Shown here: piece by piece, positions 35,901 through 47,900 of the stretch
Numbering within the stretch: position 1 is the stretch's first letter
Layout of the letters: each line of letters starts with the position of its first letter
Source: Amoebophrya sp. A120
Taxonomy: Eukaryota; Protista; Dinoflagellata
Assembly (NCBI GenBank): GCA_905178155.1
Contig: CAJINV010000005.1
Location: 7,779,987-7,843,986, forward strand
Direction of reading: 5' to 3'
DNA length: 64,000 bases
Translations under genes and position numbers: made by a program
The notes under the pieces: generated by a model
What the model was told of the DNA's origin: nothing
Database searches by the model: none
What the model saw: the letters and a program-made list of their open reading frames with translations, nothing else

Positions 35901-38900
35901 TATCCAGCTGGGTGCGGGTAGTCTCCACCGTAAATAGAACTTGTTCGGAATTTTGTGGAAGACTGGAAAATTTGTTGTCCGCGCTGGGACCGGAAAGCTC
36001 ATCATCAGATTTCTCCGCCAAAATGGCACCAGGAGTATAAAACTCTGCGCGTTGTTCATCATGTGGATCAATATGTAGGCACGGGACTGCTGATTCTCCT
36101 TTCGTATGGTAGTCGTGATGAGTTCCCGCGCGGCAAAAGCAGTAAACCCTGCATCGAATTCCGCTTCGGAAGGAAAACAGGATCGTCGTAGTGCTTCATT
36201 TACAAAACTGCTCAGGTCTATTGTACACGTCGACTTTGGTAGTTCTTCTTGATGAGTTTTCTCCTCCTCCCCGTTGGTGAGAGCAACAAAAACTTTTTCA
36301 TTTTCCAACTTCAAATTTTCGATTGTTGTACTCTTCTCCGGTCTGACTACAGCTGGCTGCTGCCGTGTCTGAAATCCGTCACCGCGAGACACGCGCCCTG
36401 CTCACCATCCTGCAAGAACAGTTCACAGTTGCAGAGGCACGTCTCCTGGTTGCGGGTCTTGGTTTTGTCCGGCAGCACAAAGCAGCGCTCCTTGTCTTGC
36501 TTGTCGATGAAACTCAACATGACGGCGTCGACACTGTTCGGCCCCACTGCTTCAGGGCGACGATCGCCGCCGGACTTTTTTCGTAATTTGGTGCTGTTAT
36601 AGTGCTAAAAAAAATCCGCACCATGCGAAATCCGGAGGGCCGCGATTGCGGGGGCGGCACGATACGAAGGCCCGGGGCCCCGGCAAAGGAAGAGGCGCGG
36701 CAAATGCCTTGCGGGCGCGCTTCTGCTCGCAGGTGGAATCTCCGACAATGTCCTTTGCCGGAGCCGGACAAAAAAACTTCCCGAGGGGAACCGGACGAAC
36801 CCCCCAAAAACGCCCCCCCCGCTTTCCGGGATCCCCTGCTCGCGCATTCTTGGGATTCCCCCCGGGCTTCCGGTCCGCGAGGATCATGCTAATTATATGC
36901 TAGTAATATGCTAAAAGTCTGCTAAAAGTCTGCTAAACCTCTGCTAATTTGGTAAATTTGGGGCCCGGTTTTGGTGCTGAAAACATGCTAAAAAGTCTGC
37001 TAATGTGTCTGCTAATTCTCTGCTAATTTGGTGCTAAAATTTTTCCTAATGATTCCTGAGGGTTTTCGGACCCCCCCTGCCAATTTTCATCGGTTTTTGG
37101 GGTCTGCTAAAAATTTTAGCGTGTCCCTTTTTTGGCCATTTCTGGGGTTTTACCGGGTCGGCTTCCCCGGGTTTTTCCCGGCTTCCGGGTCCGGCCCGCG
37201 GACCTCCGGGGGCCCCCCGGCCGGTCTGGTAAAACAAACCCCCCGGCGCAAGAATGTGGGGCGCCAAGGGAGCCGGGCCGCCGCGCCGGCCAAATGCAAC
37301 GCGGGGAAGAGGAGGGGCCGCCAAAACGCCGCCAAAGGGAAGCCAAGGGGCCTCGCGCGCCGAGGGGGCCTGCCGGGAAGCAAAGGCCGGGAAGGGGCGC
37401 GCCTCCGGACCGGCGGGCCCGCAGCCCCCTTCGAGCCGGCACCAACCCGGAAAAGCGTCGCTGCCTCGCGCGCGGCGCCGGGGCCGCTTTTTTTTCTTTT
37501 AGCATCTTTTCAGCCGCGTTTTAGCGGAAAAATCCGGCGGCGGTCCGTCCGCCTGAACTGCTTCCAGCAATGCCGCCACTTTCTCTTCCATGGACTTATC
37601 TTCGAATCCTGCTCCAATCACAAGCTTGGTAGCCTTGTCGTTGGATCCGATCAACAGCGGGCACTTGTTCTGGAAGTGATCCGAGGAGAAGCATTTTCCG
37701 CACACAGCCGCGTCGTATTCACAGTCGGCAGTCTTGTGCTGGTCGCTGTAGCACTTCCTGCACCGCGTACGCTCTTCACCCTTGATCTGGAGCTCGCTGT
37801 TGCGTGGACGACCGCTGCGATTCTTGTCGTTTCCCTTCCGGACAAGCGGGCGCTTCCCACCAGAATCTCCTCCAAAGTTTCCGGCGCGCTTGGCAGGATT
37901 GTACTTGTACTTGGAAGACGGACTGCACTTGTACTTGGAAGACGGAGCTGGTTAGCAGCAGCAACCAGCTCACCAATGGTTCCGGGCTCCTTTTCCGAAT
38001 TACTACCGTCCTCACTTCCCGACTCATCATCGCCTCCGCCAGCGAGCTGCTGTCGCAGAGCAGCTACTTCTTCTTGCAGCGCGGCAACATCAGACCCCAG
38101 TCCGACTTCCCCCTTGTCGTCTTTTCCGGGCTGAAACCCATCAAGTCCTTCATCCCAGTCGAGGTAGCGCACGAGGCTTTCGAAGTACGGGACATCGGGC
38201 GTGGCGAACTGCGGACTCGACGTGAGTGCCTTGGTCACGCTCTTCTGCCAGGTATCCTGCGCCTTGTGCTGAAAAGCCTCCCAGATGTTTTTCCGCTCGA
38301 AGTGGTTCTTGGGAAACATATTCTTTCAGCTGAATCCGGTTGGCCAATCCGAGATACCGCATCACACACAATTTGCGCGATTCGTTCTTCTTCATTTTGA
38401 AGTCGTGGAGTTGGTTGATCTCGCTGCGGTTCTGGGTGAAGGCTCGGGGGTACTGGATGTAGTACGCCTGCACCAGGTTGCTGAAGGTCAGTGTAGAAGC
38501 ATCATCACGGTTGAAAATGCCCGCGGCCTTCAGCGTCGCCTTCTGCCCTTCCGCGATGCAGTGATTGAACCGCGACACCTTCTGGGACTTGGCGTTGATG
38601 TTGTACAAAAGGCCCTCACGTAGTCGCTTTCGTAGCAGAAGGGAAACAAAAACCTTTCATCCTCCCGCTCGTGACAGTACTTGAGCAACTTGCTCTCCAT
38701 TTCGGAAAAGAAGGCATTGAGCGCGGAGTGCTCCTCGACCGTAGGCGTGATCATTTCGGGTAACCGGTCCTTGATTTTCAGCAACAGCCGCGGATGTGCA
38801 CCACTTCGCAGCAAGTCGACGCCCTGCTGTTTGCAGTAATCGGACTCGAAAATCAACCGCGAGAACTGGAACTTCTTGCGTTCCACCCCGAAACTACCAC

Positions 38901-41900
38901 TGCCATCTGGTGATCCTGGTGGTCCACCTCCTGGCGGCCCGCCCCCGTGTCCGGGAATAAACGGTGGCTCCTGACGATAGCCACCGAGTCCTCCCGAGCT
39001 TGGGTTGGAGTCCGGTGATCCTGGTGGTCCACCAGGGAATCCACCTCCGGGATTTCCTCCTGGGTTTCCACTAGGTGGCCCTCCCCCGTAGTTGCCGCCG
39101 GGGTTTCCACCGGGATTTCCACCGCCGGGTCCTCCGCCGTAGTTTCCTCCGGGATTTCCACCGCCGGGTCCTCCGCCGTAGTTTCCACCGGGATTTCCAC
39201 CGCCAGGTCCTCCGCCGTAGTTTCCACCGTGGTTTCCACCGTTGGGTCCTCCACCGTAGTTTCCGCCGTAGTTTCCACCGTTAGGCCCTCCGCCGTAATT
39301 TCCACCCGGATTTCCGCCGCCTGGTCCCCCTCCGTAGTTGCCGTGCGGATTGTTGTTGGAAGTTCCGCCATAGTTTCCGCCGGAGAAACCATTTCCGCCA
39401 TAGAAGAAGTTTCCGCTGTAGTTGGGTGCTCCATTAAAACCCTTCCAGTTTCCCGAGTAGTTTCCTCCCTTGCCGGAGTAATTCATGCCGAAACCACTGC
39501 TCAGCTGGTTCTGGTTCTCCTGTGCTTTTCCTCCAGCAAAAGCAGCAACACCCGCACCCACAGGCTGTCCACCTTTTGCATTGTTGTCAACAAACTGCAG
39601 CCCCTGCTGTTTTCCCGTGGCAGAGTTTCAGCTTGCGCCTTGTTCCCCAGAGGTCCGCTCTTGTTACCAAGCGCACTGGAAAAAGGGTTAGTACTGTTGG
39701 ACTTTCCCGTGGTGTCAGCAGCGCGGTTGTGACTGGGTCGGCGCAAACCACCGTCGCGGCACGTGGCGTAATCCGAGACGAAAGAATTCTCGATGGCGAC
39801 GCTAATACTCGTTGCGGTGCTGTTCTTTCTTTCGATCAGCGGAGAGGAAGGAACTCCAAAGCCTGGCGCTTGAGCTTGGGCAAAACTTTTTCCCTCACTG
39901 GTGGACGGATTTCGTCCCAGGTTCCACAGCAGCGCCTGGCTGCTCTGCATCTCAGCCGGTAACAGGTCACTGAACTCCTTGATGAGCTCCACTGCTCGTT
40001 CTCTCCGGTCCTGATGCGGATCCTGGTATACTTTCTTTGTCGGATCCAGCGGGGAAATGACGACAAACTTGCTGTCAGTATCTTCTCCCGAAGTGGGATG
40101 CAGCCCGAGAGAATGAATGCTGGACCCTGCGTCTGAAGCGGGCTTGGACCCGATGAAGTGCTCCCGCACGCTCTGCGGCGTTCCCATCAGCACAGACGGC
40201 GTGTTTTGCTGAAGATTTATCTCGTTCTTCCCGCTCAACTGCTCAACTCGCTTGTGCTGGGAGCCGATGATCTTGCTCTGCGCCTGAATCATTCCTGCGA
40301 GTTGATTAGTTTTCAGATCCTGTTTCGCATGCACGTCCGCTTGATCATTCGTCCACTGGTGTACTCCACCGCTGAGACTCTTCAGGACGTTGATCTCATC
40401 TCGCGCGCGCGACAGGGCATCCTCCTGCGCTTGATACTCAATCTGCAGGCTCGTGAAATTTTGACTCACGAGGGCAAATTCGCTCTGGATCTTCTGTCCG
40501 TCACTTTGCAGCTGCTGAGAAAGTTCACTCTCGCGGATCGCCTTCTGCGTGTTCAGCTGCTGAGTCTGCAACTCCTGTTCCAGTCGCTGCTGATGCAGTT
40601 CCTGGGCTAGCTTCGTCATTTCCTCCATGCCGCGACGCTGTGCCTCTGACTGCTGGCCCAGCGTCAAAGCTGCACTGGCAACTTGCTCCAGCTCCTGCTG
40701 ACGGGCAAGGTTCTCCTGTTGCAGAGTCTTGGTCTCCTGCTGACGGAAGTCATTTTGCTCATACAGGTTTGCAGCTTCTTGCGCAAGAGCTCCAGTTTCT
40801 CCTCGCAAGTAGTTGGCCCGCTGGATCATGGCCGCGCGTGTTTGTTCGCCGCGTTGTAGAGTCGCCTGATCATACACCGACGGACCGGCAAAGCTGTTTT
40901 GGTTTCCAGCTGCTGTATTTCCGCGCGGGGTTGCGACTCCGATTCCGATACTCGGCTCTCCTGTCGGAGCAGTTAGCTGGTTCAGGTTGACCATTCCCAT
41001 CTGCTGGCTCTGAGCAGCAACGTGGAGCGGTACGACAGCTCCTCCTTGGTTCAGCGGTGCACCATGCGGAACAATAGGAGGAAGTGCGGGAAGCGGTGGC
41101 GGATTCGCTGGCCCACCTAGTCCCGGCGGGCGCATCTGCATGTCGTCGCTCGGCGTGGGTCCGACAGATGGCAGACCGTCACTGCCTGCAGCCACATTTT
41201 CACCTCCTGCATCGGGCATCGTGGCGTCGGATGGACTGATGGCATCCGACATCGCGCAAGCCGTTGCTCACCCTCGGATGTTGGGCCCGTACTCAAAGGT
41301 CTCGCTTCAGGCGTCCGGGCCCGGGCCACCTAAAGCGCTAAATATCCGACAAATTTTCGGCAATTTTGAAGAATGAAAGTCGGGGCGGGAATTGTAAAAA
41401 GCACAAGGAGAGAGCGGGGAAGGGAGAAAGGAAAAACGGCCCCCATGCCGCCCTTGATGAAAACTCGGCGCGAAGCTTCGTCGCCCCCGCCGGTGCAGGA
41501 GCTAGGAATTTGGGGACCCGGCCTCCGCAGCACCGCCTTGCGGCCGGGCCTTGCGCCTGGGGCGGAGACATCTCTTGCAGACACCCCGGAGACCGGTGGG
41601 GGGCAATCGGGGGTATGCGCGACATTACCACCCTCCGCGCATTTTCCCAACCACCTATGGGCGACACGCTTTTGAAAGAAACCCCAGGAAACAGGCGCGA
41701 GCGCGCCACATGCAGCATCACTCTCGCCCCCCAACTTTTGACAATATCCTCCGAGAGTGTGCAACTTGTGTGCAAAAGTGTGTGCAAAAAGTGTGCAAAA
41801 AGTGTCCCGTGCACTGTCTCGAACCACTTTCGGAAAGCTGCAATTGACGCTGCAATTGGGTGTGCAAAAAAGCTGCAATTTCAGGGGGGTACGAAAACCA

Positions 41901-44900
41901 AGCCATTTGCTTTGTTTTCGGACCCGGACCTGAAATTGCACGGCCAATTGCAGCGTCAATTGCAGCTTTTCAAAAATGGTCGGGACGGTGTTCGGACGAA
42001 AATTGCACGATGAATTGCAGCATGAATTGCAGCTTTTGCTGCAATTCATGCCGGTTTTGGGCTGTTTACAATAAAACGAAGACGGCGACCATTTCGTCCC
42101 GGCATGCAATTCAGTCGGACCTTTCAGGACAGGTCCGACGGAATTACATGACGAGGCGACACGAATGCAGGGCTTGCGGGTCCGAATATGAGAAGGGTTT
42201 TCAATCACAAAACAAAAACGACGGGCAGGCGAACCATCACGCCTCACACCACCAGACCCCGAAACACACGAAGCCCAACTTCGAACAGCCCCGAAAATAA
42301 CTGGCCATGGCCAAGGCGCCCACGAACACGACCAGAAACTGGGAAAGGCCCCGGCCGGGGGGGCAAAACCGGCACGGCCAAAGGACCCGGCGCACATAAC
42401 GACGGAAAACCGGCCAAGCCCCTAGACATTTGAAAAAATTGCCGGAATATTGCGAAAATTTTCCCGGTTGAGATGGCCCGGGCCCGGACGCCTGGCTCGC
42501 TGGTAGGAAGAAGGTTCAGCAGGAGCCTCTCGCTCCGCTGCCACTGTTTTTAGAGAGGGTGGGTCCTGAAGTGTGATCACAGTATCTGATCTTCGCAACG
42601 GAAATCAGTGGCGAACAGCGGCGCCGGTGATGTTCATTTGAATTCAGGAATTCAGTTTCAGAGTTGGTTTTTGATTTTTTTGGTTTTATTGTTCGAAACA
42701 ATAGCAAACAGCTACGATAGTGGCGTCTATCGCCGTGGGAAAAATTCAGGGCTCATTTCGGTTTTTTCATGTGTTGACGTTTTGACAAAATGATGACTCA
42801 TTTTCCGAAACAAAAAAGACTTGTGCTCGCGCTCTCGGTTGTGAAGAAAGAAACTCTCGGTGTTGTTGTTGTGATGAAGTTCTTCTACTGACGTAAAGAA
42901 GTAAACACATAAACAAACGACCCGACGGCTTTCTTCCCTTCTCTCTGAATCTCTCGATCCAAACAAAGTCAACCCACAGATACTGAAACGAACACGACAC
43001 TTCAGAATGTCAGATCGACACTAGGGCGTGCATGGTAGACCCTCTGGGCCATGCCAAAGCTGCATCACAAACCTCTGCATCCTTCCAGACCCAGACATTT
43101 TTGCAATGCATAGCGTACTCCCTATCACGAAAAAAAAGTGCTACAGTTACAACACACTGTGTTGCAGGCCCGGCATGACAGACATCCTCTGTCATGCCAT
43201 AAATGCTTTCGAGCCTCGTTTCATACGTGTTTTGTTCCCTTTCCCTTATGATCTTTGCACTACAAGTTTTCTCTCTCATGCGGAGAAAATTTGTGTTGCT
43301 GAATTGAGCACAGCAATAAATGTGTATACTGTAAAGACTTTTTTCTCACGATACTCCCTATCGCACGAAAAAACTTTTTCACTGTGATGATTTTGCAAGA
43401 TTATATCATGTGTAACAAACTTGTGATGCAGATGATCGGAACACTCATGCCAAGTTTTCTTTATCTAAGATAAAGAAAACTTGGCATGAGTGCTTCCTAA
43501 GGAAAAACACAGCTAAAAATCCAATGTGTTGCATGTGTGCTAGCAAGACAAACACATTTGCGTTCCGTTCTATGCATCACAGTTTTACAGTGAAACACTT
43601 TTTTCTCACGATACTCCCAGCCGTGGTAAAAGTGGTCTTGCCATAATTATGAACTGCAAAAGTATCGTAGTACTCGTATAAATGCATTACAAATTTCCTC
43701 AGCATGAGACAGAAAATTTGTAATGCGGATTTACCTTAAGATAAAGATTTGTAATGCATGATTGCAAAAATACTATACGAGTACGATACTTTTGCACAGG
43801 ATAATAATTCACGCCGCCGACCGTTGCTTCCGGGGACGACGTCACGCCGCCGACGGTCACCACGCCGCCGACCGTTGACTGCGGTGTGCATGTGTCCCCT
43901 ATGGAACTGTCAGGATCGAAATCGACAAAGTTGAAATGATTTGTCATGCATAAAATGGATGCCAGTTGGAACCCATTTGCCAAGTGGCGCATGACAAATT
44001 TTGGCGGTGCCTAAATCCAGTCTGTAATGCTGTTTGGGTAAGGAGGACGCCTTTTGTCATGCTACTTTAGCGGCTCTCTTTCTCCCCCTCAACAGGCTTA
44101 CAATCTGCCTCCCTTGCGTACTCTGCAAGACAGACACTTTGTGGGTTGCATTTTATGCATCACAAACTATTTCAACTTTGACGATTTCAATTCTGACACT
44201 TCCATATCCCCACTTGACGCCGTAACAGCCTCCGCACCCGTGTCCTCCGCCACGACAGTCCGTGGCTGCATCCTCCTATCAAATGTAAAAATGTCTGGGT
44301 CTGGAAGAATGCAACTTGTCATGCTAAATCTGAAGCATGCAAAAATCTGTGTTGCATGATTGCCAAAAGTCGTCCAGTTTTGACCAAGTCGCGAGGGGGT
44401 TTCTCATGCAGGATAGGCATGAGAGAGATCGCACAGAATCTGTCATGCTAGGTCCTGCATTCCAGGCTTCATGGGTCATGGAAAAACTGCATGAGAAATC
44501 GCGCATTCTTCTCGACCCAGACATTTTTACATTTAGTACCTCCTCCTGTATGGCTATCAGAAGGAAAAATCCCCCCTGCCTATATTGAATTGTGAACACA
44601 AATCAGCTCCGTCTTGCAATTTATTATGAGGCACTGCCGGCAAAGCCTCAGCCTGCGTAGGGGTGCTGTAGCTGTTTTTGTGTAGGTGCTTAGCATAGCA
44701 GAGGCCTTCGATGTAGTTGTAGGCGCAACAACGATTACAAATCGCCGGCATATTATTTAAAGCGGCGGACTCTTCGGATTTGCCCCCTTGCAAGAGGGAC
44801 AGGATTTGTGGTCTTCACAAATCAGCATCACACATTTTTAGCAGCATGCATTTTCAGTATGTTGGGGAAGGGGAATTTTTCCTCTCAATAATGGCAGACT

Positions 44901-47900
44901 CGTATCCACAGACAGGCTCGGCGTAATTCCAGCCCCTGCGTCGGGCGCCGAGCGACGACCGCATCAGTACGGATGACGCCTGACGCAGCGCGTCTGTATT
45001 GTTCAACACCCTATGGATTGTAAAAGTGTCTGGGTCTGGAAGATTGCAACTTGTCATGCTAAATCTGAAGCATGTATAGAATCTGTGTTGCATGATTACC
45101 AAAAGCTGTCCACTTTTGACCTAATCAGTAGTAGTAGTAGTAGTACCATTTAACTCCTGGCGGGTTGGCGTTAGAACAGATTTAGCCTCTGCCAATACCT
45201 GGGCGTTAGAACAGATTTAGCCTCTGCCGATACCCCCGACTTTTGCCCTAATCAAGAAGCAGTTTCTCATGCAGGATAGGCATGATAGAACCCGCAAAGA
45301 ATCTGTCATGCTACATCCTACATACCAGACCTCACGGGTCATGGAAAACCTGCATGACAAGTCTGGCATTTTTCCAGACCCAGACATTTTTACATTTGAT
45401 ACACCCGAGAAGTTGTTGATGTCCTCGCGCTACTTCCTACACTCTGGCGCGCTCAACTGTTACATTCTCAACTGTTACGTGAATTTGTGATGCTAAAACA
45501 ACCGCGCCGACATTGCCATAGTCCGGCGTCGCTTGGCTGTTACGTGACCGACTGTTACGTGAATTTGTGATGCAAGAATGGGAAAAGTGAAAGGGGGAAG
45601 GTTGCACCTGTAGCATTGCAAATTCCGCACAGATTTAGGTGCGGTTTAGCTCTTCGCAAATTTGTCATGCGCAGCAGCTTGGTCGTGAGGATGATGATGG
45701 TGTTTTTGCATGACGCATTCGTGTAACAGTTGAGAATGTAACGTTTGAGAACCCCATACGCACGACCCTCTACTTCGAGGAGACCCGCCGCCCAGCGCCG
45801 CAGCCGCCGGTCCACGACCGTGGCAGTGCTGTTTGTACTGCTTGTTCTGCTGCTTCGGGATACCATATGCTGAACAAGCGAAGGTCGTGATGTGCTTGAT
45901 TGATTCATCTTGCTCATCATTGTAGCTGTAGCTCCCTCCGCTGCTATTAGGTCGTGTGTAGAAGTAGTTCCAGTCCCTCGCGGCCTTCGTCGAAGTTCAT
46001 CTGTTCTTCCCACGGTGGAGTTGTAAGACATCTTACTCACGACGAAGCCAGCCAGCTTTGCGAGCGTTTCGTGCCGTGCGAGCTCCGGGTCCGCGAACTG
46101 CTTCAGCGGAAGCAGCAGAATCTCCGCAAGTGCGGGCGGCACTTTGGCGGCCTCGACCAGGCTTTTTTCGATTAGCGATGGAATGCTGTAGGTGGTCGCG
46201 TTTAGGGAAGCTGTACTTCTAGGCGGAGATGAAATAGAACTAGAAGTAGTGGTCCTAGATGAAGTGGAAGTCGAAGTCGCGCTGGCGTCTATGAAATTTT
46301 TTTCGGGCTGTAGATCTTCACGCATTTTTGCCGTCGCGCGGGGGTCAGAGGAGGGTTCTTTGCTCTCCTGCTGTGTCTGTCGTCGCTCCTGTGCATCAAG
46401 ATCAACTTCTTCGTGTCCCGCTGTAAATGAAAAATCGTCCTTTTTCATCATGTATCAAATGTAAAAATGTCTGGGTCTGGAAGATTCTGAGATTTGTCAT
46501 GCAGTTTTTCCAAGCTCCGCCAAGTCTCGAATGCAGGGCCTAGCGTCACAGGTTCTGCAGCCCCTTGGTGATGCCTTTTCTGCATGAGAAATGCCCCCTC
46601 GGCATGGCTAGAAGTGGGGACCTTTTGCCAGTCATGCAACACAGATTTTTGTATGATCCGCAACACGCATCACAAGTTTGCATCCTTCCAGACCCAGACA
46701 TTTTTACATTTGATATCATGATTCCGGCTGCATGTTCGTCGGGAACTCGTGGTAGAAAAACCGTCGCTTCGTTGATTTTTTGTGTGCAACCGTGACGCGC
46801 GTTGAACATCCCAAACCTTTCCACATCTCGGTTCAGCATGCTAGACCAGGAAGCTGATGTTGGTGTACTAGCACTTCTTGCGGTCGTACTAGAAGTTGTG
46901 TTCATGATCCTGATCCTCCCACTAACGTTGGAAGACAAGTCTACTTCTTCCGGAATGTTAAAACTAGCAACACGTGGTCCCGGGTCTAAAAACGAAATCA
47001 GTGCCAGTGCGCCCCCGTACCAATCGAATGCCGGGCCGTAACGGAGATGATCTTGTTCCTCTTCCTCTTGCTCTTGTTCCCGACCTTCATCTAGTAACGC
47101 ACTTCTATTTACAACCCCGCTTGTTGTTGTTCCTCGTCCCCCTCCGCCTCCGCCAAGCACATTGCACCCCTCTGTAGTTTCGAGCTGCATCAATTCCGTC
47201 CGCTGCGGTTGGTCCAATCTGTTGCTCACATCGAGCAGAACCACGACGGTGCTGCACACCAGCGGGTTACAACTGTCCACGCCCCCAATTTGTGGTAACA
47301 CGACTCCTTTTTCATCGACCACTTTCTTTCCGAACACGATTTTTCCGGTGGAGGTGGCGGGGGGTAATAGATTTACATCTAGGTGTTGTGAAAACAGATG
47401 ATGAAAAGCACGATCAGGCGAGCGCCTTGTAGCCGGTACAGGAAGTACTTCTAGGGGAGTCGCGTTCGTGCTGTTCGTGTTCATCTTCATTGCGTTATCC
47501 GCATGCTGTCCGTCTTGTTGGACGACATCGTCGAGATGAATAGAGCTGCCTTTCTTCAAGTTCAAACCCACAAAGGAGGACTCGCTGAAGTCAATAAACT
47601 TCAGGTCCGTTCTGGGTAGTAGTTGCCCACCAGTGGTGCCCGTCGCAAGTAGAACATCCTTGTCGACGCCGTCGTAAACTTGTTGTACTTGAGCATCTAC
47701 ATCTTCTGAGATTTTCACACTATTTTGCGGCAACACGCGTCCGATGTGCTCGACCATCACGTCGTTGTGCACGAACCCAATGTCCGCGAACAGGTCCAGG
47801 CACTGAAGCTATGCATGGCAAATATGTCTGGGTCTGGAAAGATTCGAATTTGTCATGCGCATTTCGCAACACACACAAATCTCTCACGCATGGACAGCAA

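Larger units (their letters stand above)
28480..36551 (-). pseudogene. pol: pol (frameshifted, TIR-interrupted): possible protease, DUF4326-like, integrase, copia RT, RNase H
   Basis: IN: HLHFG..DPCQ, LLDT, LERR. RT: GDVPRAFL, LYGLREAALLW, APCVF, LHVDDLL. RH: DASY, STEE..AEI, SDSKSAV, NPGDILTK. Removing 32089-33093 plus the duplication restores LTLKTLCKRM. Confidence 0.88.
25905..43020 (-). mobile_element. Ty1/copia-like LTR retrotransposon, degenerate, inserted inside an introner
   Basis: ~477-bp direct LTRs with TG...CA ends; CTAG TSD (25901-25904, 43021-43024); gag with 2 CCHC knuckles, then IN-RT-RH order. Confidence 0.92.
25728..43112. mobile_element. Introner family A split by the copia element (halves 25728-25904 and 43021-43112)
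   Basis: Halves rejoin at GCTAG|GGCGTGCATG, matching intact copy 12616-12872 (GCTAGGACTTGCATG); DR degenerate gggac/gcgta. Confidence 0.85.

Noticed and set aside
36330-36400. Retroviral protease active site (DTAAAS in an alternate frame)
   Set aside because: Position is plausible, but it needs two frameshifts and lacks D-(S/T)-G; not called separately.
32089-37556. The two identical 1-kb direct repeats as LTRs of a nested retroelement or a composite transposon
   Set aside because: Each copy has its own TIRs and its own different target duplication, and removing each restores the surrounding gag/pol frame.
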